Assembly (NCBI RefSeq): GCF_004010195.1
Contig: NC_057749.1
Coordinates: 24,554,175 to 24,609,004 of the forward strand
Source: Chiloscyllium plagiosum
Lineage: Eukaryota
Direction of reading: 5' to 3'
Length of the DNA: 54,830 nucleotides
Shown here: one piece after another, positions 11,160-22,877 of the stretch
Numbering within the stretch: position 1 is the stretch's first letter
Layout of the letters: every line of letters starts with the position of its first letter
Translations under genes and position numbers: made by a program
Notes under the pieces: model-generated
The model's database searches: none
What the model was told of the DNA's origin: nothing
Seen by the model: the letters and a program-made list of their open reading frames with translations, nothing else

Positions 11160-11625
11160 GATTTAGATTGCGGTTTTATTCTCACGTATACTCAAGTATG
11201 GGCTAAGGAGTTCAAGAGTGCAGTGAAAAGTGCACAATGTTGCCACACACTGGTGCCAGCTTCAGTAGAAAGTACCCAGGAACAAAATCTTAGTTACAGA
11301 AGTAGAAAAATAAAGGAATAAAGTTTAAAAACTCAAACATGATAGTCCTTTCTGAATATACTCCAGGCTGGGCTTTTCCCAACAGGTCTCCCTCTCCCTG
11401 CCCCACTGAGCGAAGAGCTGCCCATGCCCACCAGCCACTGCTGCCGACCTCCATTGGGCACACCAGGCCTTGCCGCTGCTCGTGAGGTCTTGGCTCTGAC
11501 CGCTGCCTCCACCACCAACCCCCCGTACCTTCCTGATCGACCACACCATCTTTCACCGCTGACCCTCNNNNNNNNNNNNNNNNNNNNNNNGCTGCCACGC
11601 TGCGCCAGCTGCCCAAGCTACGAAG
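11160..11625 (-). mobile_element. Non-autonomous repeat with a LINE-like 3' end (family F), gap inside
   Basis: tttattctcacg...cagtgaaaag...tggtgccagctt motif recurs at about 25985, 26500 and 52220, and in + orientation at 23855-25010. Confidence 0.55.
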
Positions 11626-11626
11626 C

Positions 11627-12200
11627 CATAGAGTCATACAGCACGGAAACAGACCCTTTGGTCCAACCCATCCATGCCAACCAGATATCCCAACCCAATC
11701 CAATCCCATCTGCCAGCACTTGGCCCATATCCCTCCAAACCCTTCCTATTCATAAAACCATCCAGATGCCTTTTAAATGTTGTAATTGTACCAGCCTCCA
11801 CCACATCCTCTGGCAGCTCAACCCACACACGTACCACCCTCTCGGTGAAAAAGTGGCCCCTTAGGTCTCTTTTATATCTTTCCCCTCTCACCCTAAACCT
11901 ATGTCCTCTAGTTCTGGACTCCCTGACCCCAAGGAAAATTACCCTCTCCATGCCCCTCATGATTTTCTAAACCTCCATAAGGTCACCCCTCAGCCTCCGA
12001 TGCTCCAGGGAAAACAGCCCAAACCTCTCCCTGGGAATATCCTTGTAAGTCTTTTCTGAACCCTTTCAAGTTTCACAGCATCCTTTTGACAAGAAGGAGA
12101 CCAGAATTGCACACAATATTCCAACAGTGGTCTAACCAGAGTCCTGTGCAGCCGCAACATGACCTCCCAACTCCTGTACTCAATACTCTGACCAATAAAG
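11627..12200 (-). mobile_element. CR1 (HER1-type) LINE 3' fragment
   Basis: IEYRSWEVMLRLHRTLVRPLLEYCVQFWSP; RTRGHRFRVRGERYKRDLRG; standard tail. Confidence 0.92.
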
Positions 12201-12844
12201 GATCCGCTCTGGTACGGCTCCGGCCGAAGCCGCGATATGACCCACTGTGACCAGCTGTGCCCCCCCCCAGTGACCAACCATCAAAGATCCCCAGCTTAAT
12301 AACATCCTTCCTATAACAAGGCGAACAGGATAGTAATATCGGGGCACATCCACGTCCTATTCTAAGTGTCTCTTATCAAATGTTCAATTGTAGTTATGTT
12401 TAAATGAACTGTTCAGACAACGTTAGTACATAGATGGCTCTCAAGCCCAGGCCACTTCCAAAATAATGACAGCAGAGAAAGGACATTTTTTGCCCATCAT
12501 GCCAGACCAATTGAGATAGCGTGACCCTTGTGTCTCGCAAGTAGTTTTTCCTCAGATGATTCTCCACACAGTCTGATTGCCAGAGACCAGTCGCACAACC
12601 TGAGATGTCTATCCAAATCAGGAGAGTCTCCCAATGCGCTGACATCTGTGGGAACTTCTCAGGAGATCTGAACTTCCAAGGGCACTGTGTAACGTTTGCA
12701 TTATTCATGTTAACCGTGACTATGACAAAATCAGGGCCAGCAGAGTCCAAATACAAGTACAAATATAATAATATGTGCTGTGTTGTACCTGCACATACTG
12801 AGATTAAGATCTTCCTTAGGTTTTGTTTTGCCGCTTCTTGGACA

Positions 12845-13087
12845 CTCTGAAGAGCAACCCACCCAGACCCATTCTCCTATATTTACCCCTGACTAATGCA
12901 CCTAACACTACGGGCAATTTAGCGTGGCCAATTCACCTAACCTGCACATCTTTGGACTGTGGGAGGAAACCAAGACACAGGGCGAATGTACAAACTCCAC
13001 ACAGACAGTTGCCCGAGGCTGGAATTGAACCCAGGTCTCTGGCGCTGTGAGGCAGCAGTGCTAACCACTAAGCCACCGTGCCGTCCC
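12845..13087 (-). mobile_element. HE1-type V-SINE
   Basis: Reverse-complement head and V-domain. Confidence 0.88.
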
Positions 13088-13299
13088 GAATGGCCTGCTT
13101 CCACACTGTAGGCATTCTATGATTCCTCACCAAATAAGTAAATTAAGGCTTAAAAGTTGTGTAGAAAAATAACTCATAAATATGGATGTTTCTGTTTAAT
13201 TGTAACATCTTCCATTTGTGTTTATCTTATGCCAACCTCCCAAGAGATGCCAAGAGGAAAATGGCATTGATGTATTTGACCAGCCATGATCTAGCAAAA

Positions 13300-13580
13300 C
13301 CGGAAGGATGTTCACAGTGACCAGGGAGTCCAGAACCAGGGGTCACAATCTGAGGATATAGGGTAAGCCATTTAGGACAAAGGAGGGGAGAAATGTTGTC
13401 ACCCAGAGAGTGGGCACCCTGTGGAATTCTCTGCCAGAGAAGGTGGTTGGGGCCAAAACATTGAATGTTCTCAAGAAGGAATTAGATATCGTTCTTCAGA
13501 TTAAAGGGATCAAAGGGTATGGGGGAGAAAGCGGATTGAGTTGGATGATCAACCACGATGAATGGCCTACTCCTGCTACT
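13300..13580 (+). mobile_element. Decayed CR1 3' fragment
   Basis: LWNSLPEKVV...LNVLKKELD motif. Confidence 0.78.
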
Positions 13581-13582
13581 GT

Positions 13583-13877
13583 TTTAGATTAGATTACTTA
13601 CAGTGTGGAACCAGGCCCTTCAGCCCAACAAGCCCACACCGACCCACCGCAGTGCAACCCACCCAGTTCCATTCCCCAACATTTACCCCTTCACCTAACA
13701 CTAGGGGCAATTTAGCATGGCCAATTCACCTAACTTGCACATTTTTTGGACTGTGGGAGGAAACCTGCACAGACACGGGAAGAAAGTGCAAACTCCACAC
13801 AGTCGATCACCTGAGGTGGGAATTGAACCCAGGTCCTGTGAGACAGCAGTGCTAACCACTGTGCCACCGTGCCGCCC
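13583..13877 (-). mobile_element. HE1-type V-SINE
   Basis: Complete reverse-complement head, V-domain and (tctaa)n tail. Confidence 0.9.
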
Positions 13878-15014
13878 AATGTTTCTATGTGTGCATGGTG
13901 CATAGACTGAATGGCCAACTTCTGATCTAAGCTTCTCCCATGCTTTACCAAACAAAATTTGACTTTTGGTGATTATAGGTGACCAAAAACCTGGTCAAAG
14001 TAAATTGGTTTTAAGGAGTATCTGAAAGGAGGTGAGTGCAGAGGATTAGGAAGGGAGTTCCAGCGTTCTGAGCTTCAGGCTGGGGAGAGGGTGATCAGTG
14101 GAGAAAAGATTAAAATGGGAGGTGTGCAGGAGGCCAGAAATGGAGGAGCGCAGAAATCTTGGATGGATGTGAGCCAGGAGGAGGTTGTAGAGTTAAGGAC
14201 GATTGAGGCATGGCGGAATTTAAAAACCTAAGGATACAGGCTGGCCATGTGATCAGCCATGATTTAGCGAAACAGGAAGGATGTTTACCATGACCAGGGG
14301 GTTCAAGGCCAGAGGTCAGAGTCTAGGGAAAAGCAATATAAATAATTAATGTTCAATACCATTGTATTGTTACTTCCCATCTAGTGACAGTGGACATCAT
14401 TATTAGAAAATTTTAAGTACTCAGAGCTGCCCTTATTTCTAGACAAACATCAACCTTGTTCATGTGTTGTGGTTACATTTATTGGTAAGAGCACACAAAG
14501 GGGAAAACAGGTCATTTGGTTTTAAAACTAATATTGATTTTGACAATAATGCTTGCTGGTTCCTCTTTTGGGGTTAAGTGTTACAAAACCAGGCATCTTA
14601 AAGAAGTAAGTAGGAGGAGAAAAGGAAATAGTTTGCATTTAAGAAAACACTTTTCACAACTTCAGTTTTTTTTTCTAAAGCTCTCTACAACCAATAGCTC
14701 TTTTGAGGTGCATTGATCGTTATAATATAGCAGGCCCAATGGTTACTGGTGGAGTAAACTCAGTAACATTGGATTAGTGCAGCTTAGTCTGTGGAACCAC
14801 GGGTGGAACTTAAAACTCTATGGTTCAAATCTTGACATGCAGCTGGTTTTAGTAAAGGTGGTCCTGAAACTCTCATTAATTGTTGTAAAAGTCCATCTGC
14901 ATAAAAACATAGAGAGCAGGACTCAACACCTCGAGCTGGCTCTGCCATCCAGTATGATGGTGGCTGACCATGAAACTCAGTAGCTCCCTGATCCCTTCAG
15001 CCTTAAGAACTATA

Positions 15015-15795
15015 TGTACCTGACAGTGATTCAAAGGCCAATACGCCATTGACAATAGTTCAAAGGTCAATGTACTCTTGACAGTGTTTTGAAGGTCACT
15101 GAACCATTGACAGTCGTTCAAATGTCGATGCGCCATTGACAGTAGATCAAAGGTCAATGTACTGTTGTCAGTGTTTCCAAGGTCAACACACTATTGACAG
15201 TGATTCAAAGGTCAAGACACCATTGACAATAGTTCATAGATCAGCATGTCATTGACAGTGAGTGATTCAAAGGTCAATTTACCATTGACAGTAGATCAAA
15301 GGTCAATTTACCATTGACAGTGGTTCAAAGGTCAATGTACCATTGATAATGACTCATAGATCAACACGTCATTGACAGTGCGTGATTCAAAGTTCAATGC
15401 ACCATTGACAATGATTCAAAGGTCAATGCACCATTGACAGTAGCTCAAAGGTCAATTTACCATTGATAGTGGTTCAAAGGTCAATGTACCATTGGCAATG
15501 GTTCATAGATCAACATGTCATTGACAGTGAGTGATTCAAAAGTCAATTTACCAATGACAGTGGTTCAAAGGTCAATTTACCATTGATAGTGGTTCAAAGG
15601 TCAATGTACCATTGGCAATGGTTCATAGATCAACATGTCATTGACAGTGAGTGATTCAAAGGTCAATTTACCATTGACAGCGGTTCAAAGGTCAATGTAC
15701 CATTGGCAATGGTTCATAGATTAACACGTCATTGACAGTGAGTGATTTAAAGATCACTGCACCATTGTTAGTGGTTCAAAGGTCAATGCACCAGT
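15015..15795. repeat. 29/33-bp minisatellite, about 26 units, with higher-order periodicity
   Basis: Unit ccattgacagtggttcaaaggtcaatgta. 15481-15540 is identical to 15601-15660 (120-bp period). Confidence 0.95.
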
Positions 15796-16479
15796 TCTAA
15801 CATGAATGTGGGGACAATGTTATTTGAACATAATACTATCTATGTCAATAAAGACCTTTTTATCAGAAGGAATCAGGAAGGAACATGTTCCCTGGAAAGT
15901 CTGTTCATAAATGAAAGGAATCATTCTCAGGTTATCACTAAAACAGCATAGGGACAGGGTGGTCTGGACATGAAATACACATTCAGGAACAGTAATCGAC
16001 GTGTAATTTATGAATGCTTTGAAACGGGAGCTGGTCAAATATTTTGAAAAAGCAAAGGTACAGAGGACCATCTGGATAACTCTCACATATAAAGCAGCGT
16101 GATGATCTGAACAGCTATTTTCTGGGACTGGGAGAATGTTGGGCCCTGAGATTGCAAGGGGTTGCTTTATTTTCTGCATCTAACGGGAGCCAAAGGATGT
16201 ATGTGGAATATTGGGGTTGGCAGCAGCCACGGTCCCATGAGCGTTGGGCTTAGTGAGAGGACAAGCCTCAGTAACGGTGGTGGACGGGTGGCAGAATGAT
16301 GACTCACATCCTGTTGGTCATGCTGCATCTCCCCCCACTCCAATCTTTGAGCAGTCTGGTGGGAGTTTGTCCTCTTTATCCCCCACCCAGCCCTCAAGTC
16401 CAGTCTTCTGAAGGAGCAACGCAGCTGTGATTGCTCTGCTCTAATCCTTTGGAATTTGGGATCCGTGATTATAATGCAA

Positions 16480-17090
16480 TGGAGCTCAGGAGCAGACCCT
16501 TCAGCCCACCAAGCCTGTGCCGATTCCTAGCTCTTCTTTAGTCCCACTACTTATTGTCCATATGGGGTTTCTTTTCCCTCTGTTCGCCTCCTGTTTATGC
16601 ATCTATCAAGACATGCCTTAAATTTGGCTAAGGTGCATTTTTCCACCACCTCCACTGGCAGTGTGTTTCAGGCACCCACCATCCTCTGGGTAAAATGTCT
16701 CCCCGCATTTCTCCCCTAAACATTCTACCCCTCACCTTGAACCTGTGCCCTCTTGTAGCTGACATTTTCTCCCTGAGAGAAAAAAACCCAGCTGACTATC
16801 CACCCTATCTATGCCTCTCACAATTTTGTAGGCCTCTAGCAGGTCACCCCTCAGCCTCCACCTTTCCAGTGAAAACAATCCGAGTTTATCCAACTTTTCT
16901 TCATAACTAAAACCCTCCAGACCAGGCAACATCCTGGTAAACCTTCCCTGCATCCTCTCCAAAGCGTGGCAACCAGAACTGCAACACGATATTCCAAATG
17001 TGGACTAACTAAAGTTTTGTACAGCGGTAGCGTAACCCTCTAACTTTTATATTCGATGAAGGCAAAAGGGCTGCATGCCTTCCTGACCAC
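16480..17090 (-). mobile_element. CR1 LINE 3' fragment
   Basis: RFTRMLPGLEGFSYEEKLDKLGLFSLERWRLRGDLLEAYKI. Confidence 0.88.
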
Positions 17091-17154
17091 AGTATGATGG
17101 TTGTTTGAAAAGATTCCCATAGAAAGAAATCTTCTATCACGTGTGTGTGTGTGT

Positions 17155-17500
17155 CTTAGAAAGGGTGGACACTGGGAGGTTGTTTCTGTTAGGCTGGGAG
17201 ACTAGGACCCGTGGGCAGAGCCTTAGAATTAGAGGGGCTCAATTTAGAACGGAAATGAGGAGACATTTCTTCAGCCAGAGAGTGGTGGGCCTGTGGAATT
17301 CATTGCCACAGAGCACAGTGGAGGCCGGGACTTTAAATGTCTTCAAGGCAGAGATTGATAAATTCTTGATCTCGCAAGGAATTAAGGGCTACGGGGAGAG
17401 GGCAGGTAAGTAGAAGTGAAACACCCATCAGCCATGATTAAATGTTGGAGTGGACTCGATGGGCCGAATGGCCTAGCTTCCACTCCTGCGTTTTCTGGTC
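17155..17500 (+). mobile_element. CR1 LINE 3' fragment
   Basis: TRGQSLRIRG...RHFFSQRVVGLWNSLPQ and tail. Confidence 0.88.
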
Positions 17501-17502
17501 TT

Positions 17503-17906
17503 GTGGTGTGTGTGTCTGCGCGCGTTTGTGTCCATGTGTGTCTCTGTGTGTGCGCGTGCATATATATGTATGTGTATGTGTGTGTCTGTGTGTGCGTGTT
17601 TTTGTGTGCATGTGTGCCTATGTGCCTGCGTGTGTCATGTGTGTATGCATGTATGTGTGTGCACATGTGTGTGGGTGTCTGTGTGTGTGTGTATGTGTGT
17701 GCGCGCGCGCATGTGTGCACCTGTGTGTGTGTGTGCCTCTGTGTGTGTGTGCGCGCATGTGGGTGTGCCTCTGTGTGTGTGTGCGCCTCTGTATGTGTGT
17801 TTGCGTGTGTGTGTTTGCATGTGTGTGTGTGTGTGTTTGCATGTGTGTGTGTTTGCATGTGTGTTTGTGTGTGTTTCCATGTGTGTGTGTGTGTGTGTGT
17901 GTATGT
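17503..17906. repeat. Degenerate (TG)n microsatellite
   Basis: About 400 bp of alternating purine-pyrimidine sequence. Confidence 0.97.
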
Positions 17907-19365
17907 GACCTTTAAGAAACCCAAGTACTGTGTGTTGACTGTGACAATTTTCAGATTATTCTGACTTCCTCTTCCCGGCTGTGCAATGTTATTTAAATAT
18001 TGTCGAAGCAATCTGTTTCCTGGCAATCTCACCTCTTTTGTTTCTGGTTATTTTTTGCATCGAGTCCCCATTCCAAGTTGAGAAGTAAGTGTTTGGAGGA
18101 CAGCGCAGAAAATAAAAATGCTCCCTTTGGGTGTTGTCAATGTTTCCAAGGCAGCCTTTCTCCAGAACAGCTGCAAATTCAAGTTGCCCAGAGAAAGAGA
18201 GGCAGTTGACTAAGAATAATCGAATTGCATACAGGTTAGAAGCAGGCCATTCGGCCCGTTGTGGCTGCAAAAGGTCATTGAAGGGGTTTTTGCCTCATGC
18301 TTGGTCTTTGGCAATCTCCCAAAGCAAGACAGCACAACAGATTATCCTGTCTTCTGCAAAGAGAGCCAGACTGAAGGAGAGGACCGAAGGCTAATCTTTA
18401 TGCACTGATAAGCTTTTATTTTTGGAGACACAGATTAAAAACATCCAAGTATTTCGAAGTCCATCGACTGCATTTTCTGTCAGACCTTGTAACGTCTGTG
18501 ATCCTGATAGTCATGGAGATGTACAGCACGGAAACAGACCCTTCAGTCCAACCCGTCCATGCCGACCAGATATCCCAACCCAATCTAGTCCCACCTGCCA
18601 GCACCCGGTCTATATCCCTCCAAACCCTTCCTATTCATATACCCATCCAGATGCCTTTTAAATGCTGTTTTTGTACCAGCCTCCACCACTTCCTCTGGCA
18701 GCTCATTCCATACACGTACCACCCTCTGCGTGAAAACATTGCCCCTTAGGTCTCTTTTATATCTTTCCCCTCTCACCCTAAACCTGTGCCCTCTAATTCT
18801 GGACTTCCTCACCCCAGGGAAAAGACCTTGTCTATTTACCCTATCCATGCCTCTCATGATTTTATAAACAGCTATAAATGCTCCAGGGAAAACAGCCCCA
18901 GCCTATTCAACCTCTTCCTATAGCTCAAATCCTCCAACCCTGGCAACATCCTTGTAAATCTTTTTTGAGTCCTTTTAAGTTTCACAATATGCTTCCAATA
19001 GGAAGGAGACCAGAATTGCACACAATATTCCAACAGTGGTCTAACCAATGTCCTGTCTGCAACATGACCTCCCAACTACTGTACTCAATACACTGACCAA
19101 TAAAGGAAAGCATACCAAATGCCTTCTTCACTATCCTATCTACCTGCGACTCCGCTTTCAAGGAGCTATGAAACTGCCCTCCAAGGTCTCTTTGTTCAGC
19201 AACACTCCCTCGGACCTTACCATTAAGTGTGTAAGTCCTGCTAAGATTTGCTTTCTCAAAATGCAGCATCTCGCATTTATCTGAATTAAACTCCATCTGC
19301 CACTTCTCAGCCCATTGGCTCATCTGGTCAAGCTCCTGTTGTAATCTGAGGTAACCTTATTCACT

Positions 19366-19521
19366 AAGAGAAAGTGAGGACTGCAGATGCTGGAGATCAG
19401 AGCTGAAAAATGTGTTTCTTCAGGATTCCTGAAGAAGGGCTTATGCCTGAAACGTCGATTCTCCTGCTCCTTTGATGCTGCCTGACCTGCTGCACTTTTT
19501 CAGCAACACATTTTTCCGTTC
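19366..19521. mobile_element. Short self-inverted PLE-derived element (family A) inserted in the CR1 RT
   Basis: Exact 14-bp TSD taaccttattcact at 19352-19365 and 19522-19535. Confidence 0.92.
19429..19456 (+). ncRNA. Minimal hammerhead motif
   Basis: CTGAAGA-a-gggc-ttat-gcct-GAAAC-GTC. Confidence 0.76.
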
Positions 19522-19526
19522 TAACC

Positions 19527-20159
19527 TTATTCACTGCCCTTTACACCTCTAATTTTGGTGTCATCTGCAAACTTACTAACTATATCTCTTAAGCTCACAT
19601 CCAATTCATTCATATAAATGATGAAAAGTAGTGGACCCAGCACCGATCCTTGTGGCACACCACTGGTCACAAGCCTCCAGCCTGAAAAACAATCCTCCAT
19701 CACCACCCTCTGTCTTCTACCTTTGAGCCAGTTCTGTATCCAAATGGCTAGTTCTCCCTGTGTTCCATGAGATCTAACCTGTCTCCGATGGGGAACCTTA
19801 TCGAATGCCTTACTGAAGTCCATATAGATCACATCTACTGCTCTGCCCTCATCAATCCTCTTTGTTACTTTTTCAAAAAGCTCAATCAAGTTTGTGAGAG
19901 ATGATTTCCCACGCACAAAGCCATGTTGACTATCCCTAATCAGTTCTCGCCTTTCCAAATACATGTACATCCTGTCCCTCAGGATTGCCTCCAACAACTT
20001 GCCCACCACCGAGGTCAGGCTCACCAGTCTATAGTTCCCTAGCATGCTCTTACCACGCTTCTTAAACAGTGGCACCACATTAGCCAACCTCCAGTCTTCC
20101 GGCACCTCACCTGTGACTATCGATGCTACAAATATCTCAGCAAGCAGCCCAGCAATCAT
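19527..20159 (-). pseudogene. CR1 reverse transcriptase core (fragment)
   Basis: RT motifs DFSKAFD, GVPQGS and FADD in one frame. Confidence 0.9.
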
Positions 20160-20960
20160 TTCTCTAGCTTTGCACAGGTCCTGGGGATTTATCCACTTTT
20201 ATGTGTTTCAAGACATCCATATTTCCTCCTCTGTAATATAGATATTTTTTGAAATATTACCATTTATTTCCCTACATTCTCTACCTTCCATGTCCTTTTC
20301 CACAGTAAACACTGATGCAAAATACAAAGGCCACCTTGCTGATCTTTAAGGGGCCCTATTCTCTCCCTAGTTATCCTTTTGTCCTTAATATATTTGTACA
20401 ACCCTTTGGATTCTCCTTAACTCTATTTGCCAAAGCTATCTCATGTCCCCTTTTTGCCCTCCTGATTTCCCTCTTAAGTATACTCCTACTGCCTTTATAC
20501 TCTTCTAAGGATTCACTCGATCTCTCCTGTCTATACCTGACATGTGCTTCCTTTTTTGTCTTAACCAAACCCTCAATTTCTTTAGTCATCCAGCATTCCC
20601 TATACCTACCAGCCTTTCCTTTCACCCTGACAGGAATATACTTTCTCTGGGCTCTCGTTATCTCATTTCTGAAGGCTTCCCATTTTCCAGCCGTCCCTTT
20701 ACCGATGAACATCTGTGCTTGATCAGCTTTTGAAAGTTCTTGCCTAATACCATCGAAATTGGCCTTTCTCCAATTTAGAACTTCAATTTTTAGATCTGGT
20801 CTATCCTTTTCCATCACTATTTTAAAACTAATGGAATTACGGTCGCTGCCCCCAAAGTGCTCCCCCACTGACAGCTCAATCACCTGCCCTGCCTTATTTC
20901 CCAAGAGTAGGTCATGTTTTGCACCTTCTCTAGTAGGTACATCCACATACTGAATCAGAG

Positions 20961-21348
20961 CTAGTCCCATTTGCCAGCATTTGATCTATGTCCATCTAAA
21001 CCCTTCCTATTCATATACCCATCAAAATGCCTTTTAAATGTTGTAATTGTACCAGCCTCCACCACTTCCTCTGGCAGCCCATTCCACACACCCACCACCC
21101 TCTGCATGAAAAAGTTGTGTTTTAACTCCCCTTTCAATCTTTCCCCTCTCACCTTAAACCTTTGGCCTCCGGTTTTGGATTTCCCTATCCTGGGATAAAG
21201 ATCTTGCCTATTCACCTTATCCATCCCCCTCATGATTTCATAAACCTCTATAAGGCCACCCCTCTGCCTCTGGCACTCCAGGGAAAACAGCCCCAACCTA
21301 TTCAGCCTCTCCCTATAGCTCAAACCCTCCAAACCTGGCAACATCCTT
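20961..21348 (-). mobile_element. CR1 LINE 3' fragment
   Basis: MLPGLEGLSYRERLNRLGLFSLE...VWNGLPEEVV. Confidence 0.9.
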
Positions 21349-21749
21349 TTGGAACCATTTTAAGTTTATCAACACGCCAATTAAGTGCGGCAATTGAGCT
21401 GTGTGCTACTGATCCATGAAAGTAAAAACAATCAAAATGAAAATACAGCAAAACTTCAAAACAAAGGTCAAAGGTCAAATCAAAATGCCATTTCCAGAGT
21501 TGATAATGCATTTCAGATTCCTGAACTCAGTGACTGTCTCTCATGAAAAACCTCAAACATGCTGCAGTACATCGCACGCACTGTCTTCAGAGAGATCCGG
21601 ACATCAACGTAATCACAGAACACAAGGAATGAATTCTATTTCATGAAAGCCCAAAGATTAGATCTTGCATTGTTTGCTTCATCTGGGACTGTTTTCCACA
21701 GCAGTTCGAGAGAGGGCAGCTGTTTTCCCAGACAGATGTGTTTTAAAAT

Positions 21750-22085
21750 CAACCTGTTCAGACAAGTCTCAGGAACAAGTTAGAACTTGAACGCAGGTCT
21801 CCTGGCTCAGAGGCAGGGATTTTACCACTTGCACCACAAGAGCATTTTACATTTTCACTGTTCCCTTCTGCGTACCAGCTCACTAAGGGAGAACTCAGCT
21901 TTTAGAATATTCTTAATCAGCCTGTTCAGAGATGTTATGGCACACCTCTGGAGCAAGTGGGATTTGACGCCAACTCCCAGAAGGACCACAAGCTGCTCTT
22001 ACAAGGATTTTAATCAACGTGTTTGAACATGTTGTGACACACACCCGGAGCAGGTGAGATTTGAGCCTGGATCTCCTGGTTTCAT
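21750..22085 (-). mobile_element. Three tandem decayed copies of a short tRNA-derived SINE
   Basis: Minus strand gctcttgtggtgcaagtggt...ctctgagccaggagacctgcgttcaagt is tRNA-like. Partial repeats near 21750, 21915 and 22012. Confidence 0.55.
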
Positions 22086-22775
22086 GCTGAATACATGAAT
22101 GATTCATTTAATATGCAATTGACAATTTCTGTCCCACTCATTAACATTTGAAAATACGAAAGAACATGCATTGATGCTGGAAGGTGAAGTTACTGAGTAT
22201 CACTGGCTGAGACTGAATGCACGGGAGAGTAGGAGGACAGCAAACCGGTAACCTTAGAATGTTATGACTCAGGCCATGTTCTGGGTCAATTCCTCTTTTT
22301 CAAAGAGTGACAATTATATTGGCCCTTTTGCGCTTATTTGATGACTCACAGTGATCATAGAATCTCTACTGTGTACAAGCAGGCCATTCGGCCCATCAGC
22401 TTCACACCAACCTTCTAAAGAGCATCCCACCCAGATGGGAAAGATCCCAGGATTGAAAGGCTTAACATATGAGGATGTTTGAGGTCTCTGGGATTTTACT
22501 CAATGGAGGTTTAAGGATCTGATTGAAACTTACAGAATACTGAACAGTCTGGACAGAGTGGACATTGGGAAGATGTTTCCATTGGTAGGAGAGACTAGGA
22601 CCCCAGGGCATAGCCTCAAAATAAAGGAAAGACCTTTTAGAACGGAGATAAGGTGAAACTTCTTCAGCCAGATTGTGGGGAATCTATGGAATTCATTGCC
22701 GCAAAAGGTTGTGGAGGCCAAGTCATTGAGTATCTGGATGTAAGTTCGCTTGCTGAGCTGGAAGGTTCATTTTCA

Positions 22776-22810
22776 GATGTTTCGTCACTTACACTTGGTA
22801 ACATCATCAG
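22776..22810 (-). ncRNA. Minimal hammerhead motif
   Basis: Minus strand tca-CTGATGA-t-gttac-caagtgtaa-gtgac-GAAAC-ATC-tga. Confidence 0.7.
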
Positions 22811-22843
22811 TGAGTCTCCAGATGAAGCTTCATCCAGGGCTCA

Positions 22844-22877
22844 CTGATGATGGTACCTGGTATGGTGACGAAACATC
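22844..22877 (+). ncRNA. Minimal hammerhead motif
   Basis: tca-CTGATGA-t-ggtacc-tggtat-ggtgac-GAAAC-ATC-tga. Confidence 0.68.

Larger units (their letters stand above)
18510..20960 (-). mobile_element. CR1 (HER1-type) LINE, 5'-truncated 2.4-kb copy with a disrupted ORF2
   Basis: PTREGAKHDLLL...SDRNSISF (end of the APE domain); NYRLVSLTS, QHGF, YMDFSKAFDKVPH, GVPQGSVLGPLLF, KFADDTK (RT). Frameshifts, and an insertion at 19366. Confidence 0.95.

Noticed and set aside
15015..15795. CRISPR-like palindromic 29-bp repeats
   Set aside because: No spacers; a minisatellite with higher-order repeats.
17382..18032. His/Thr-rich and Cys/Val-rich ORFs
   Set aside because: Translations of the (TG)n microsatellite.
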